From Bdellovibrionales bacterium (GTDB lineage Bacteria; Bdellovibrionota; Bdellovibrionia; Bdellovibrionales; UBA1609), in contig CBDBIB010000002.1 in assembly GCA_965205945.1 (NCBI GenBank), positions 160,001 to 224,000 of the forward strand: a DNA stretch of 64,000 bases. Direction: 5' to 3'. Shown here piece by piece: positions 9,622 through 19,600 of the stretch (within the stretch, counting starts at the first letter, position 1; each line of letters opens with the position of its first letter). Position numbers and translations under genes: made by a program. The notes under the pieces were generated by a model that saw only the letters and a program-made list of their open reading frames with translations, searched no databases and was not told the DNA's origin.

Positions 9622-11318
9622 ATACGACAGGATCTTTAAAAACTTCTCTAGATTCAATTTTACTTAAAAGCACTTCTTTTTCAAAAGAAGAGTTAAGTTC
9701 ATTATTTTCAACGTCTTTGCCTTCTGGTGAAACCGTGGGAAAGATTTTAAGAGGGAAATCTTTTAAAACTTCTAGTGAAGCGGTAGGAAATCTGTCTAAA
9801 TTAATTGGTATTGATTTTGTCGAAGAGGTTCCTTTTGGCGAAATTTCTGGAGATTTAGTAAGAAATATACCAATTAATTATGCTAAAACAAATGGAGTTA
9901 TACCTTATAAGGAAGAAAAAGAAGAACTTTTTGTATTCTCCTCAAATCCTTTAAATTTTAATGTTTTAGATGATTTAAGAGTTCTTTTTAATAAAAAAAT
10001 AACGCCAATCATGTCAACAAGTGTGATTATTCAAGAGGCTATTAATAAAGTTTATGAAAAAAGTACATCTGGTTTAGATGGTTTTGATGAAGTTAGTGGT
10101 GAAGAGTATGACTTAGAGGATCCGGTTATAGATTTATTAGAAGCTGGTGAAGATGATGCTCCAGTCATTAAACTTGTAAACTCTTTGTTATTTAGAGCTG
10201 TAAAAGAAAAAGCTTCAGATGTTCATCTAGAACCTTATGAAAGAGATATGGTGGTGAGATTTAGAATTGATGGAATTTTGTTTGATATATTTAAACCACC
10301 TAAAAAGTTACAAAATGCAATCACTTCTAGGATTAAAGTTATGGCGAATTTAAATATTGCTGAAAAAAGACTCCCACAGGATGGAAGAATTCCTTTAAAA
10401 CTTGCAGGTAAAGATATTGATGTACGTTTATCCACTGTGCCAACAGCTTTTGGAGAACGAGTGGTCATGCGTCTTCAAGATAGATCTAATATTATTCTAG
10501 ATCTTAATCAGTTAGGTTTTTCAGCTGAGTCTTTGGTTCAAATCAATCATATCTTGGAAAAAACCTACGGTATTTTGTTAGTAACAGGTCCTACAGGTAG
10601 TGGTAAATCAACTACACTTTATTCTTGTATGTCTAAAATAAACACTATTGACAGAAATATTGTGACTGTTGAAAACCCTGTAGAGCAAAGAATTCATGGA
10701 ATTGGGCAGATTCAAACTAATGAAAGAATTGGTCTTACTTTTGGAACTGCACTAAGAGCTATTTTAAGGCAAGATCCTAATGTTATTATGATAGGAGAGA
10801 TTAGAGACCTAGAAACAGCTGAGATTGCAATCAACGCATCTTTAACTGGTCACTTAGTTTTGTCTACTATTCATACCAATGATTCATCAGGCGTATTTCC
10901 AAGACTTATTGATATGGGGTGTGAACCTTTTTTGATTGCAACATCTTTACTTGGTGTAATTGCTCAAAGACTTGTTAGAGTTTTGTGCGATCATTGTAAA
11001 ATTCCTTATGTACCTTCAGCTATTGAGGTGAAGGCCTTAGGTTTAACGGTAGAACAGGTAAAAAATGCTACTATTCACAAGCCTGTTGGGTGTAGTGAGT
11101 GCAATCATAAAGGTTATGGGGGGCGAACTTTGATTATGGAACTTTTAGTTTTAGATGATAAAGTACGATCTTTAATTATGCAAAGAATAGATAGTGGAAC
11201 AATTAAAAAAGTTGCTGAAAAAAATGGAATGAAAACTTTTAGAGATCATGGAGTTTCTAAGGTTCTAAATGGAATCACTTCTATTGAAGAAGTGATTACA
11301 AACACACAAGTAGATTAG
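9618..11318 (+). CDS. gspE: Type II secretion ATPase GspE
   Basis: ASDVHLEP, RLPQDGRI, Walker A GPTGSGKST, LRQDPNVIMIGEIRD, CxxC pairs. Confidence 0.96.
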   Translation: MNTTGSLKTSLDSILLKSTSFSKEELSSLFSTSLPSGETVGKILRGKSFKTSSEAVGNLSKLIGIDFVEEVPFGEISGDLVRNIPINYAKTNGVIPYKEEKEELFVFSSNPLNFNVLDDLRVLFNKKITPIMSTSVIIQEAINKVYEKSTSGLDGFDEVSGEEYDLEDPVIDLLEAGEDDAPVIKLVNSLLFRAVKEKASDVHLEPYERDMVVRFRIDGILFDIFKPPKKLQNAITSRIKVMANLNIAEKRLPQDGRIPLKLAGKDIDVRLSTVPTAFGERVVMRLQDRSNIILDLNQLGFSAESLVQINHILEKTYGILLVTGPTGSGKSTTLYSCMSKINTIDRNIVTVENPVEQRIHGIGQIQTNERIGLTFGTALRAILRQDPNVIMIGEIRDLETAEIAINASLTGHLVLSTIHTNDSSGVFPRLIDMGCEPFLIATSLLGVIAQRLVRVLCDHCKIPYVPSAIEVKALGLTVEQVKNATIHKPVGCSECNHKGYGGRTLIMELLVLDDKVRSLIMQRIDSGTIKKVAEKNGMKTFRDHGVSKVLNGITSIEEVITNTQVD

Positions 11319-11327
11319 AGTATATAA

Positions 11328-12542
11328 ATGCCCTTATATAAATATAAAGCTTTAAATAGGCAGGGAAAAAAAGTGAAAGGAGTTATTGATGCTGATAACT
11401 CTAAGGCAGCTCGTTTAGAGCTTAAAAAAAAAGGCCTTTATGTAACAGATGTTTATAATAAATCTCAAAGAAATGCAAAAGCAAAAGGCGGTGTAAGTTC
11501 TAGAGCAAAAGTTAAAATTGATGAGCTATCTCTTATAACCAGGCAGTTAGCAACACTTCTTAAAGCTAATATTCCTTTAGTAGAAGCTTTGGCAATATCT
11601 GCAGACCAATCAGATAATATAGTTTTAAAAGAGGCTTTTTCAGATATTAGAAATCAAGTTAATGAAGGGGGAGCCCTTCATAATGCGTTATTAAAGTACC
11701 CTGGAATGTTTAATAAAGTTTATGTTTCAATGTGTGAAGCCGGTGAAATATCAGGAACTCTTGATGTTATTCTTGTTAGGCTTGCTGAGTTTACAGAGAA
11801 TCAAAGCGAATTAAAAGCTAAGTTAAAATCAGCAATGACTTATCCAATGATTATGCTTTCTTTTATGACTTTGTTAGTAGGTGGATTGTTTGTTTTTATG
11901 ATTCCTCAGATGAAACAAATTTTTGAAGATAATGAAGATTTAGAACTTCCCGTATTATCAAAAGTAGTTTTTGCAACAAGTGATTTCTTATTAGCATATT
12001 GGGTTTTTATTGTAGTAAGTTTTATGTTCTCTATATTTTTATTTCAAATTTGGAAGAAATCCCCTTCAGGAAGTAATGCTTGGGATGCGATTAAGTTAAA
12101 ACTTCCAGTTTTTGGAAGCTTAATTAGAATGGTGGCTGTTGCAAGGTTTACAAGAACCTTAGCAACACTATTAGATGGTGGCGTTCCTATGCTTAATGCA
12201 ATGTCTATTGTTAGAAATGTTGTAGATAATGAAGTGTTAGCAGTGGCTTTAGATGAGGCTAGAGATAATATTAGTGAAGGAGAGTCTATTGGAGGTCCTC
12301 TTAAAAAATCTGGAGAATTTCCATTAATTGTGGTTCATATGGTAAGTATTGGTGAAAAAACAGGTGAGCTTGAAAGTATGCTGCTACAGGTGAGTGATTC
12401 TTACGACTTTCAGGTAAAAAATAAGGTAGATAGTTTTACATCTATTTTAGAACCCGTTATGTTAGTTTTAATGGGGCTTATTGTGGCAGTTATTGTATTT
12501 GCAGTAGTGCTGCCAATGCTTGCAATGCAGGGGGCGGCTTAA
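11328..12542 (+). CDS. gspF: Type II secretion inner-membrane platform protein GspF
   Basis: RQLATLLKA, GEISGTLD, GEKTGELE, LEPVML motifs. Confidence 0.95.
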   Translation: MPLYKYKALNRQGKKVKGVIDADNSKAARLELKKKGLYVTDVYNKSQRNAKAKGGVSSRAKVKIDELSLITRQLATLLKANIPLVEALAISADQSDNIVLKEAFSDIRNQVNEGGALHNALLKYPGMFNKVYVSMCEAGEISGTLDVILVRLAEFTENQSELKAKLKSAMTYPMIMLSFMTLLVGGLFVFMIPQMKQIFEDNEDLELPVLSKVVFATSDFLLAYWVFIVVSFMFSIFLFQIWKKSPSGSNAWDAIKLKLPVFGSLIRMVAVARFTRTLATLLDGGVPMLNAMSIVRNVVDNEVLAVALDEARDNISEGESIGGPLKKSGEFPLIVVHMVSIGEKTGELESMLLQVSDSYDFQVKNKVDSFTSILEPVMLVLMGLIVAVIVFAVVLPMLAMQGAA

Positions 12543-12590
12543 AGATTTAAAGAGGATAATTTTGTGTTTTTAATATAGAAGGAGAAAAAA

Positions 12591-13010
12591 ATGATAAGAG
12601 TAAATAATCAAAAAGGTATGAGCTTAGTTGAGATATTAGTTGTTTTAGCTATTATCGGCGTTATTGGGACAACAATTGCTAGTAATGTTATAGGTAGAAA
12701 TAAAAAAGCTAAATATGATACTGCAAAAATTCAAATATCTAAAATTGCTAACGCAATTAATGAATTTTATAGTGACTGTGACCAGGTTCCAGAGTCTTTA
12801 GATCAGCTTATTGATCAACCAAGTGAAAATGTTTGTGAATTTTGGGGTTTGGGTGGAGCATACGTTAAAAAGCAAGACCTTGTAGACCCATGGAAGCAAG
12901 AATTTATATATGAAGTAAAGGGGAGTGATTTTGTTATTACAAGCTATGGTGCTGATAAGTCTCAAGGTGGAGAAGGCTTAGGAAAAGATATTTCAAGTGA
13001 GGATCTTTAA
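12591..13010 (+). CDS. gspG: Major pseudopilin GspG
   Basis: GMSLVEILVVL prepilin motif, DPWKQ, SYGAD...GGEG...DI; SD AAGGAG upstream. Confidence 0.93.
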   Translation: MIRVNNQKGMSLVEILVVLAIIGVIGTTIASNVIGRNKKAKYDTAKIQISKIANAINEFYSDCDQVPESLDQLIDQPSENVCEFWGLGGAYVKKQDLVDPWKQEFIYEVKGSDFVITSYGADKSQGGEGLGKDISSEDL

Positions 13011-13262
13011 AAAATAATTTTTAAGATTAAAACTTTTTATTAAAGTATTATCTATAGATTATATAGTTTTACTAAAAATTGATGGGGTTATATTACTCCA
13101 TTAATGATTTACAGGTTTAGTATTTTTATTAAGAAGAAAAGTCTTAAACTTAAGTAATTAATTAAATTCATACCTACTAATCTATTTTTTTTATATTTGA
13201 GTTAAGATTACGCTGAATAGATATCTTTAAAGTAAGGAGTCTTAACTGCAATAAGGACATGT

Positions 13263-13853
13263 TTAAGAAGAGGTTTTAAATCCTTTTTTTTCTAGTTCTG
13301 TTAAAAGTTGAACCAAGGGAAGGCCTTTAATAGAGGTTTTATCTGTAGTTTGAACTGATGTAAATAAGGAATTTCCGTTTTCTTCAAATTTAAAACTTCC
13401 AGCACAATCATAAGGTTTATCTAAAAGAAGGTATTTTGTAATTTCCTTATTTGAGAGTTTTTTAAAGTTTAATTGAGTATTGCATTCAAAAAAAACATCA
13501 TTACCATTAGTATCATGTAAGTATGTAGCAGTTACTAATAAGGCAGATTTTCCAGATACAGATGAAAGTTGTTTAAAGGAACCATTAAAATCTTTACCCT
13601 TTCCTAAAACTGTATTGTTTAAAATCAAGGCTTGATCAGCACCGATAATTATGGAATTAGGATGATCTTTTAAAAGTGATAAGGCTTTGTGTTTTGCTAA
13701 AAACATACAAAGTTCATGTGGAGGGCCTTTAAAGTTATCTTTAAGAAGATTTTCATCGCAAAGAGGTTTTGTGGTTAAAAAACTAATATTTAAACTTTTA
13801 AGCAAAGCCTTTTTATAGGGGCTTTTACTTGCAAGGATTAAAATTTTCTTCAT
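13263..13853 (-). CDS. maf: Maf-family nucleotide pyrophosphatase
   Basis: LILASKSP, IIGADQ, PYDCAGSF, GLPL motifs. Confidence 0.9.
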   Translation of the reverse strand: MKKILILASKSPYKKALLKSLNISFLTTKPLCDENLLKDNFKGPPHELCMFLAKHKALSLLKDHPNSIIIGADQALILNNTVLGKGKDFNGSFKQLSSVSGKSALLVTATYLHDTNGNDVFFECNTQLNFKKLSNKEITKYLLLDKPYDCAGSFKFEENGNSLFTSVQTTDKTSIKGLPLVQLLTELEKKGFKTSS

Positions 13854-13901
13854 TTTTATAACCTCATTATCTTTGACTTTTTATATAATGCTTTAGACAC
13901 T

Positions 13902-14969
13902 TTGGGTATGCAAAGTTATATACACCAAATTAGTCCTATAGCTGTATCTATTTATGGAAATATTGCCATACGCTGGTATGGATTAGCTTATCTAGCAGGC
14001 TTAGTGTTGGGTTTATTACTCATGAGGAAAATGAGTAAAAGAGGGGGTAACCTTTTAGATTTTGAACAACTTTCAGACTTTTTAACATGGATAGCTTTGG
14101 GAGTTATGGGTGGAGGAAGACTTGGATATTGCTTATTTTACTCTCCTGATCTTTTAATTGATTTTTCTACAAGCTTTCCTTTTTGGGGAGGGTTAAGAAT
14201 ATGGGAAGGTGGGATGTCTAGCCATGGTGGAGCTCTAGGGGTTCTTATAGCTTCTTATTTTTTTAGTAGAAAACATAAAGTCTTTTGGATGCATACTAGT
14301 GACCTTACTGTTTTAGGTGCAAGCCTTGGTTTTTTCTTTGGAAGAATTGCTAACTTTATAAATGGTGAGCTTTATGGAAGAGTTGTTAAAAAACCAATTT
14401 CATGGGCTGTAAAGTTCCCTCAAGAGCTAACAGAGTGGGTTTATTATAGCCAAAATAAGTTAATGAATTTAGAACCACTTGCTCAAAAATTTGCAGGAAC
14501 TATAGGTGTGCCACAGGGATTAACAGTTTATAATTGGGTAGAGCTTGTTTCTAGATATGCTTTAGATTCTAAAGCAAAGAGTATTGTTGAGGGCTTTGTT
14601 TTATGGATTCAAAATCAGTGTATAGAAAAAAATCAGTTGGTATTAGAAGCTTTGCAAACAGTTTTACCAGCAAGGTATCCATCACAGCTTATTCAAGCTT
14701 TGTGTGAAGGTTTATTAGTCTTTATCATATTAAACGTTATTTGGTTGAAGCCTAGAAAACCTGGTGTTTTAACAGCATGGTTTGGTATTTTGTATGCATT
14801 TACAAGAATTATTGGAGAGCAGTTTAGAATGCCAGATGCACAAATAGGTTTTCAGGCTTTCGGATTAACAAGAGGTCAATGGTTAAGTGTAGGGATGTTG
14901 ATAGCGGGAGTTATACTTTTAATTTACTCTTTAAGACGTGATGTTGAAAAAATAAAAGGCTGGTCGTAA
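13902..14969 (+). CDS. lgt: Prolipoprotein diacylglyceryl transferase
   Basis: IRWYGLAY, GGMSSHGG, GRIANFINGELYGR, PSQL motifs. Confidence 0.96.
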   Translation: MGMQSYIHQISPIAVSIYGNIAIRWYGLAYLAGLVLGLLLMRKMSKRGGNLLDFEQLSDFLTWIALGVMGGGRLGYCLFYSPDLLIDFSTSFPFWGGLRIWEGGMSSHGGALGVLIASYFFSRKHKVFWMHTSDLTVLGASLGFFFGRIANFINGELYGRVVKKPISWAVKFPQELTEWVYYSQNKLMNLEPLAQKFAGTIGVPQGLTVYNWVELVSRYALDSKAKSIVEGFVLWIQNQCIEKNQLVLEALQTVLPARYPSQLIQALCEGLLVFIILNVIWLKPRKPGVLTAWFGILYAFTRIIGEQFRMPDAQIGFQAFGLTRGQWLSVGMLIAGVILLIYSLRRDVEKIKGWS

Positions 14970-15116
14970 ACCTAGATAAAACTATCTTAGATTAAATTTG
15001 AATCACTATGTTTTTAAAAGAAAGTACTTCTTAATAACGTTTTAGATATTAGATAAAATGGGGGAATAGGGTGCTTAAGATTAATGATATGCTATGACCC
15101 TTTGTTCTCTTTAGTA

Positions 15117-15530
15117 GCTTGAGTTCAGACTTTTTAAATCTGGTTTAATACTCTATTTTCATGGGCTTAAACACGTATTGCTGGTTTAAAAGGACGTAGA
15201 CAATATGGCAGTTAATGCTGATAAAAGATTCACTATGAAGTTTTTTAGGACTTTGATGTTAAGAGTGTTCAATATGAAACTCTTTCTTTAAAATTCCTAA
15301 AACAGTTTTAACAATATATCTTTTTCTCAGTAAAAGTTTATCAAAAAGTGGTACAAACTTATTCTTCATATTTGATTTTAAATTAGTAATTAACTTAAAC
15401 ACTTTTAGCCATAAGTTTTTTTAAAGAGGTTCTTTTAAGATATACCCCTTATCTCCAAAAAGCTTTCCAAATAAACCATCTGTAAGGTTCTCTAAAGGTT
15501 TGATGGCGACTGATTCTTTTGTTGTTACAA
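15117..15530 (-). mobile_element. IS982-family relic (transposase C-terminal half with stops/frameshifts plus right end)
   Basis: Minus-strand translation GKLFGDKGYI...LITNLKSNMKN...DKLLLRKRYIVKTV...IEHS*HQSP...FIVNLLSAL..YC.RPFKP; end GCTTGAGTTC resembles ACCTGAGTTC. Confidence 0.8.
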
Positions 15531-15889
15531 ACACTAATAGGGCTTGAGTCTAGAATAGATATTCCTGTAATTTGATTCCATGAGTGAGTTTAGGAAAATA
15601 AAGAGTTAAGGTGCTCAATATTTTTTAAGTTCCACAAACCTATTATAGGACAAGAGTTTTGGGAAATAAGGTTTTAGAAATTTTTAAACATAGCCTATAT
15701 AAAAAGCTTTAAAATTTCTAAAACCAGAAAACTGGAACAACAAACAGATTGTGATAACTTTAGATTCAGATAACGCAGGGGGAAAACCCTTTCTTCCTTT
15801 TTCTGGGTGTGAGTTTGCGCTGTTCGTAATTTAGTCCTAAAATAAAGTCGTCAACAAGAGTAAAAACCTCTATAATTTGGTTCTCTTTG

Positions 15890-16025
15890 AACTCTTGTTA
15901 ATGGCGACTTAACTACACATGTTACTAATATGAGCCATATGTATTGAGTAATGCAGCTTTAGTAACCCCCTAACATCTCTGGTTGGAATACTTTTAAAGT
16001 TATTAATATGGATGGTGTGCTTTTA
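15890..16025 (+). pseudogene. Degenerate orphan fragment of a DUF285/BspA-repeat adhesin tip
   Basis: Aligns with 22617-22750 (actcttgttaatgg...catgttacta.tatga...atgcagctttag...); small indels break the frame. Confidence 0.75.
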
Positions 16026-16058
16026 TAAAACATGCCGATAAGGAGGATTATGTTACTA
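16016..16058 (+). repeat. Left 43-bp inverted repeat containing a dif-like site (16031-16058)
   Basis: CATGCCGATAA-GGAGGA-TTATGTTACTA fits 11-6-11 XerC/spacer/XerD layout; 41/43 identical to reverse complement of 16527-16569. Confidence 0.85.
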
Positions 16059-16526
16059 CGTCTATTTACGTCTATTTTAAAATTATATTTAAGTTTAAAA
16101 GTATTTAATTATAAAAGTTTAGACTTTATTTTTTTAAAATTATTATTTTCAATAAAATTTTTATCATTAAAAATAAGGACTGCTTTAGAATTTACTTTAA
16201 AAATATTTAATATTTAGCGCTCTTTTTTTAAAGCTTAGATTTAAATATCTTTATTTATCATAGCTGTTATTTTAACCAACATCTAAGTTTAAAAGTTATT
16301 AAGATACAGCATATGTATTATATAAAATTAAATAAATATTTAAAGCGATATTCTTTAAGGTTTTTTTTTAATATTTATTTGTATAGAGCTATTATTTAAA
16401 TAAGAAAATCTTGTTAATTAAACGTAACTATTTTGCAACATTTTTATGTCACAAAGAAATTTACACTTAAGCACCATAGTTAAAATCAGCAGGTCAAATC
16501 AAAAATAATGTGGTTTTAAGCAGAAA

Positions 16527-16569
16527 TAGTAACATAATCCTCCTTATCGGCATATTTTGTAAAAGCACA
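16527..16569 (-). repeat. Right 43-bp inverted repeat containing a dif-like site (16527-16554)
   Basis: Reverse complement reads TATGCCGATAA-GGAGGA-TTATGTTACTA, same 6-bp spacer as the left copy. Confidence 0.85.
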
Positions 16570-16625
16570 GATTTTAAATGAAAATAAAAATGTAGAATTA
16601 GAGCTAAAAAACTATTTAATTTCCT

Positions 16626-16652
16626 CTAATTGTTAAGCTTTTCATCCGAAAT
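16626..16652 (+). promoter_or_regulatory. Candidate sigma-28-like promoter for the adhesin
   Basis: CTAA-N15-TCCGAAAT (consensus TAAA-N15-GCCGATAA), 7 nt before ATG 16660. Confidence 0.3.
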
Positions 16653-19600
16653 ATACAATATGTATAGAGTATATGACTTATTAAAAAATTTCATAGAAAT
16701 AGGTGTGAAAGCTCTAACTTTCTTCACAATTTTACTATTAACTCCCCATTCTCTAGCCACCCCAAGTTCTTTTGTTTTTCAAGGTCAAATTGTAAAACCC
16801 AATGGAGACGCTTTAGAAGAAAATAATGTCAGCTTTCTTGTTCAAGTTTTATCCTCCATGGATCATTGTCTTCTTTACGAAGAAAGTTTTAATCTTAATA
16901 TGATAGGATCAAAGGGAGTTTTTAACTTAAACGTTGGGTCTGGAATAAACACAGGAAATGGAGGCTTAACAAATTTATCTAAAGCTTTAGACAATTCTTT
17001 TTTAAACAATAAAAGTCTTAGTTGTGCCTTTGGGTCTTCATACACTCCAACCTTAAACGATACAAGAAGGCTTAGAGTAACTTTTGATCATGGCAGCGGC
17101 CCTCTTACTTTAACAAATGATCATATAATTCACAGTGTGCCCTATGCTCAGTATGCCGGCAAACTTGGTGGAAAAGCTGTTAATGATTTTATTCAAGTAA
17201 GTCGTGGTGTTACTCAAAGCAATTTAGAGACCGTGTTTGATAATGATGCCAATCAAAGGGAGCTTATGGCTTTAATTAATGGCAGCTCTAATCAATACTC
17301 CCCATTAAGCATCAGTGGAGCTAGCTCTTTACCGAGTTTTTCAAGCTCTCATCCACCACCTAATTCTCAGGCAGGAGATATTTGGTATAACTCTACAAAT
17401 AATCAAATCATGTACTACAATGGATCAGCAGCCACTGTTGTTGGTAAAGGTAGTGGAACTGTAACCAGTATTACAGCAGGAAGTGGCTTAAGTGGTGGAA
17501 CCATTACAAACAGTGGTACAATTTTAATTGCACCAGGGGGTGTTTTAAACAGTCATCTTGCAAGTGGTATTCATGCAAATAAAATCACAAGTGGAATTCT
17601 ACCAAGCTCAGTGGTTCCCACAGGAACTGACAATACAAAACTTCCTCTTACAGGAGGGGTTTTATTAGGTGACCTTAACTTTAATAATAATCAGATTCTA
17701 AACACAAGTCATATTATGCAAAACCCAGGAAGTACCATGACCTTAGGTTCTTATACGAATTTAGAAGAAGTTAGTCTTTTAGGGTCTATGAACATGAGCA
17801 ATGCTGGGGCTACTTGGTACAATAGTGACTCTGGAGCGCTTAAGTATTGGAATGGTGTTAGCTTAGAAGTTTTAAGCACCTTAAGTAGTGCATCAAGTGT
17901 TTTAGTCAATGCTCCTTTAACTTCTTCAGGTGGTAGCAACCCAACAATAAGCATCAACCTTGGTAGGGGTTTATACAACAACAGTGGAAACATAGATTTA
18001 GATTTAGATTCTTCTGGGGGTTTAGAGTTTAATATAAATAAATTAAAAGTAAAAGTAGGAAGTGGTTTAAAAATTACGCCAAGGGGTTTAGAAGCAGATA
18101 TAGGAAGTGGTTTAGGACAGCTCATGCAAGTGGACACTCTTCCTGTGTGTACTAGTGGGGAAAAGATTCAACGAAACCCTGGTGCTATAATAAGCTATTC
18201 TTGCGTGGCTGATATTGATACGGACACAGACACAAGTCTTTTAGGAAGCCAGGCTCAAGGGGATCTTACAGGAACCTACCCAAACCCTAGTCTTACACCA
18301 ACGGGTGTAACCCAAGGGGCGTACCCAAAAGTTAGAGTTGATGTTAAAGGAAGAGTGGTTGAGGGTTTAAGTTTATTAAAATCTGATATACCAGATTTAA
18401 ATGGAGAAAAGATCACTTCAGGAATCATTAGCACAGCTAGATTAGATGTTGGCACAGGGAGCAATCAGCTTATTAAGCTTGATAGCTCTTTAAGACTGCC
18501 TGCTGTTGATGGAAGTCGGCTTATAAACTTACCAAGTAGTGCTGATAATATGGGAGATGGTATAGCTCGATTAAATATAAATCTTAACCAAAATTATTTA
18601 AGTGGAGACGGTGATAATGAGGGAATTATTATTGATGCTAGTGGAAGGGTTGGGGTTGGTAAGGCTAGTCCTGAGGCTTTATTAGACGTTGCTGGAACAG
18701 CAAGAATAACACAAATTTGTGATGAAAGAGGAGCAAATTGTAAGGATGTGTCTGAAGGTTGGAGTTTAGCAAGTCTGGCGGCAAACACGGTGACCTACAC
18801 TCCATTTGGAAACATTCAGGCTACAGATGTAGAAGGTGCACTTAATGAACTTGAATCTAGAAAAGCTCCAATAACTAGAACTATTAGAACGGCTTTAAAC
18901 AGTGGATTAAGTGGAGGCGGAGATTTATCAACTGATAGAAGTTTAAGTGTAGACATTAACAAAACTACAGAAAAAACTACGGCTGATTCTTTAGACAGTG
19001 TTTTAATGTATGATGTTTCTCAAAGTGGTCTTAAAAAAATAACACATTCAAACTTTTTAAACGGTTATTTAAAAGCTTCTTTAGGCACAAGTCGAGGCAA
19101 CGCAATGGATGCTGGTGGGGTGCCTAGTTGTGAAGCCAATGAAAAACTTCAAATGAGTGAAGGTCCTATTTATTTATGGTCATGTGTGACAGACACAAGT
19201 CTTTTAGGAAGCCAGGCTCAAGGGGATCTTACAGGAACCTACCCAAACCCTAGTCTTACACCAACGGGTGTAACCCAAGGGGCGTACCCAAAAGTTAGAG
19301 TTGATGTTAAAGGAAGAGTGGTTGAGGGTTTAAGTTTATTAAAATCTGATATACCAGATTTAAATGGAGAAAAGATCACTTCAGGAACCATTAGCACAGC
19401 TAGATTAGATGTTGGCACAGGGAGCAATCAGCTTATTAAGCTTGATAGCTCTTTAAGACTGCCTGCTGTTGATGGAAGTCGGCTTATAAACTTACCAAGC
19501 AGTGCTGATAATATGGGAGATAGTATAGCTCGATTAAATATAAGTCTTAATCAAAATTATTTAAGTGGAGACGGTGATAATGAGGGAATTATTATTGATG

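Noticed and set aside
15112..15116. TAGTA at both outer IS982 ends as a target-site duplication
   Set aside because: The equivalent TACTA also borders the unrelated third copy at 47242, so it is probably part of the end or a target preference
15890..16025. Orphan repeat copy as a DGR template repeat
   Set aside because: Differences from the gene are not adenine-specific, it has indels, and no reverse transcriptase is in the window
16031..16058. The chromosomal terminus dif site
   Set aside because: Two inverted copies in an accessory locus and no skew switch evident by eye; cannot be fully excluded without the whole genome
16032..16217. 61-aa ORF, and reading the repeat as sigma-28 -10 (GCCGATAA) plus SD (AGGAGG)
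   Set aside because: Low-complexity AT-rich translation, SD-ATG spacing only 3 nt, no matching -35; dif layout explains the motif better
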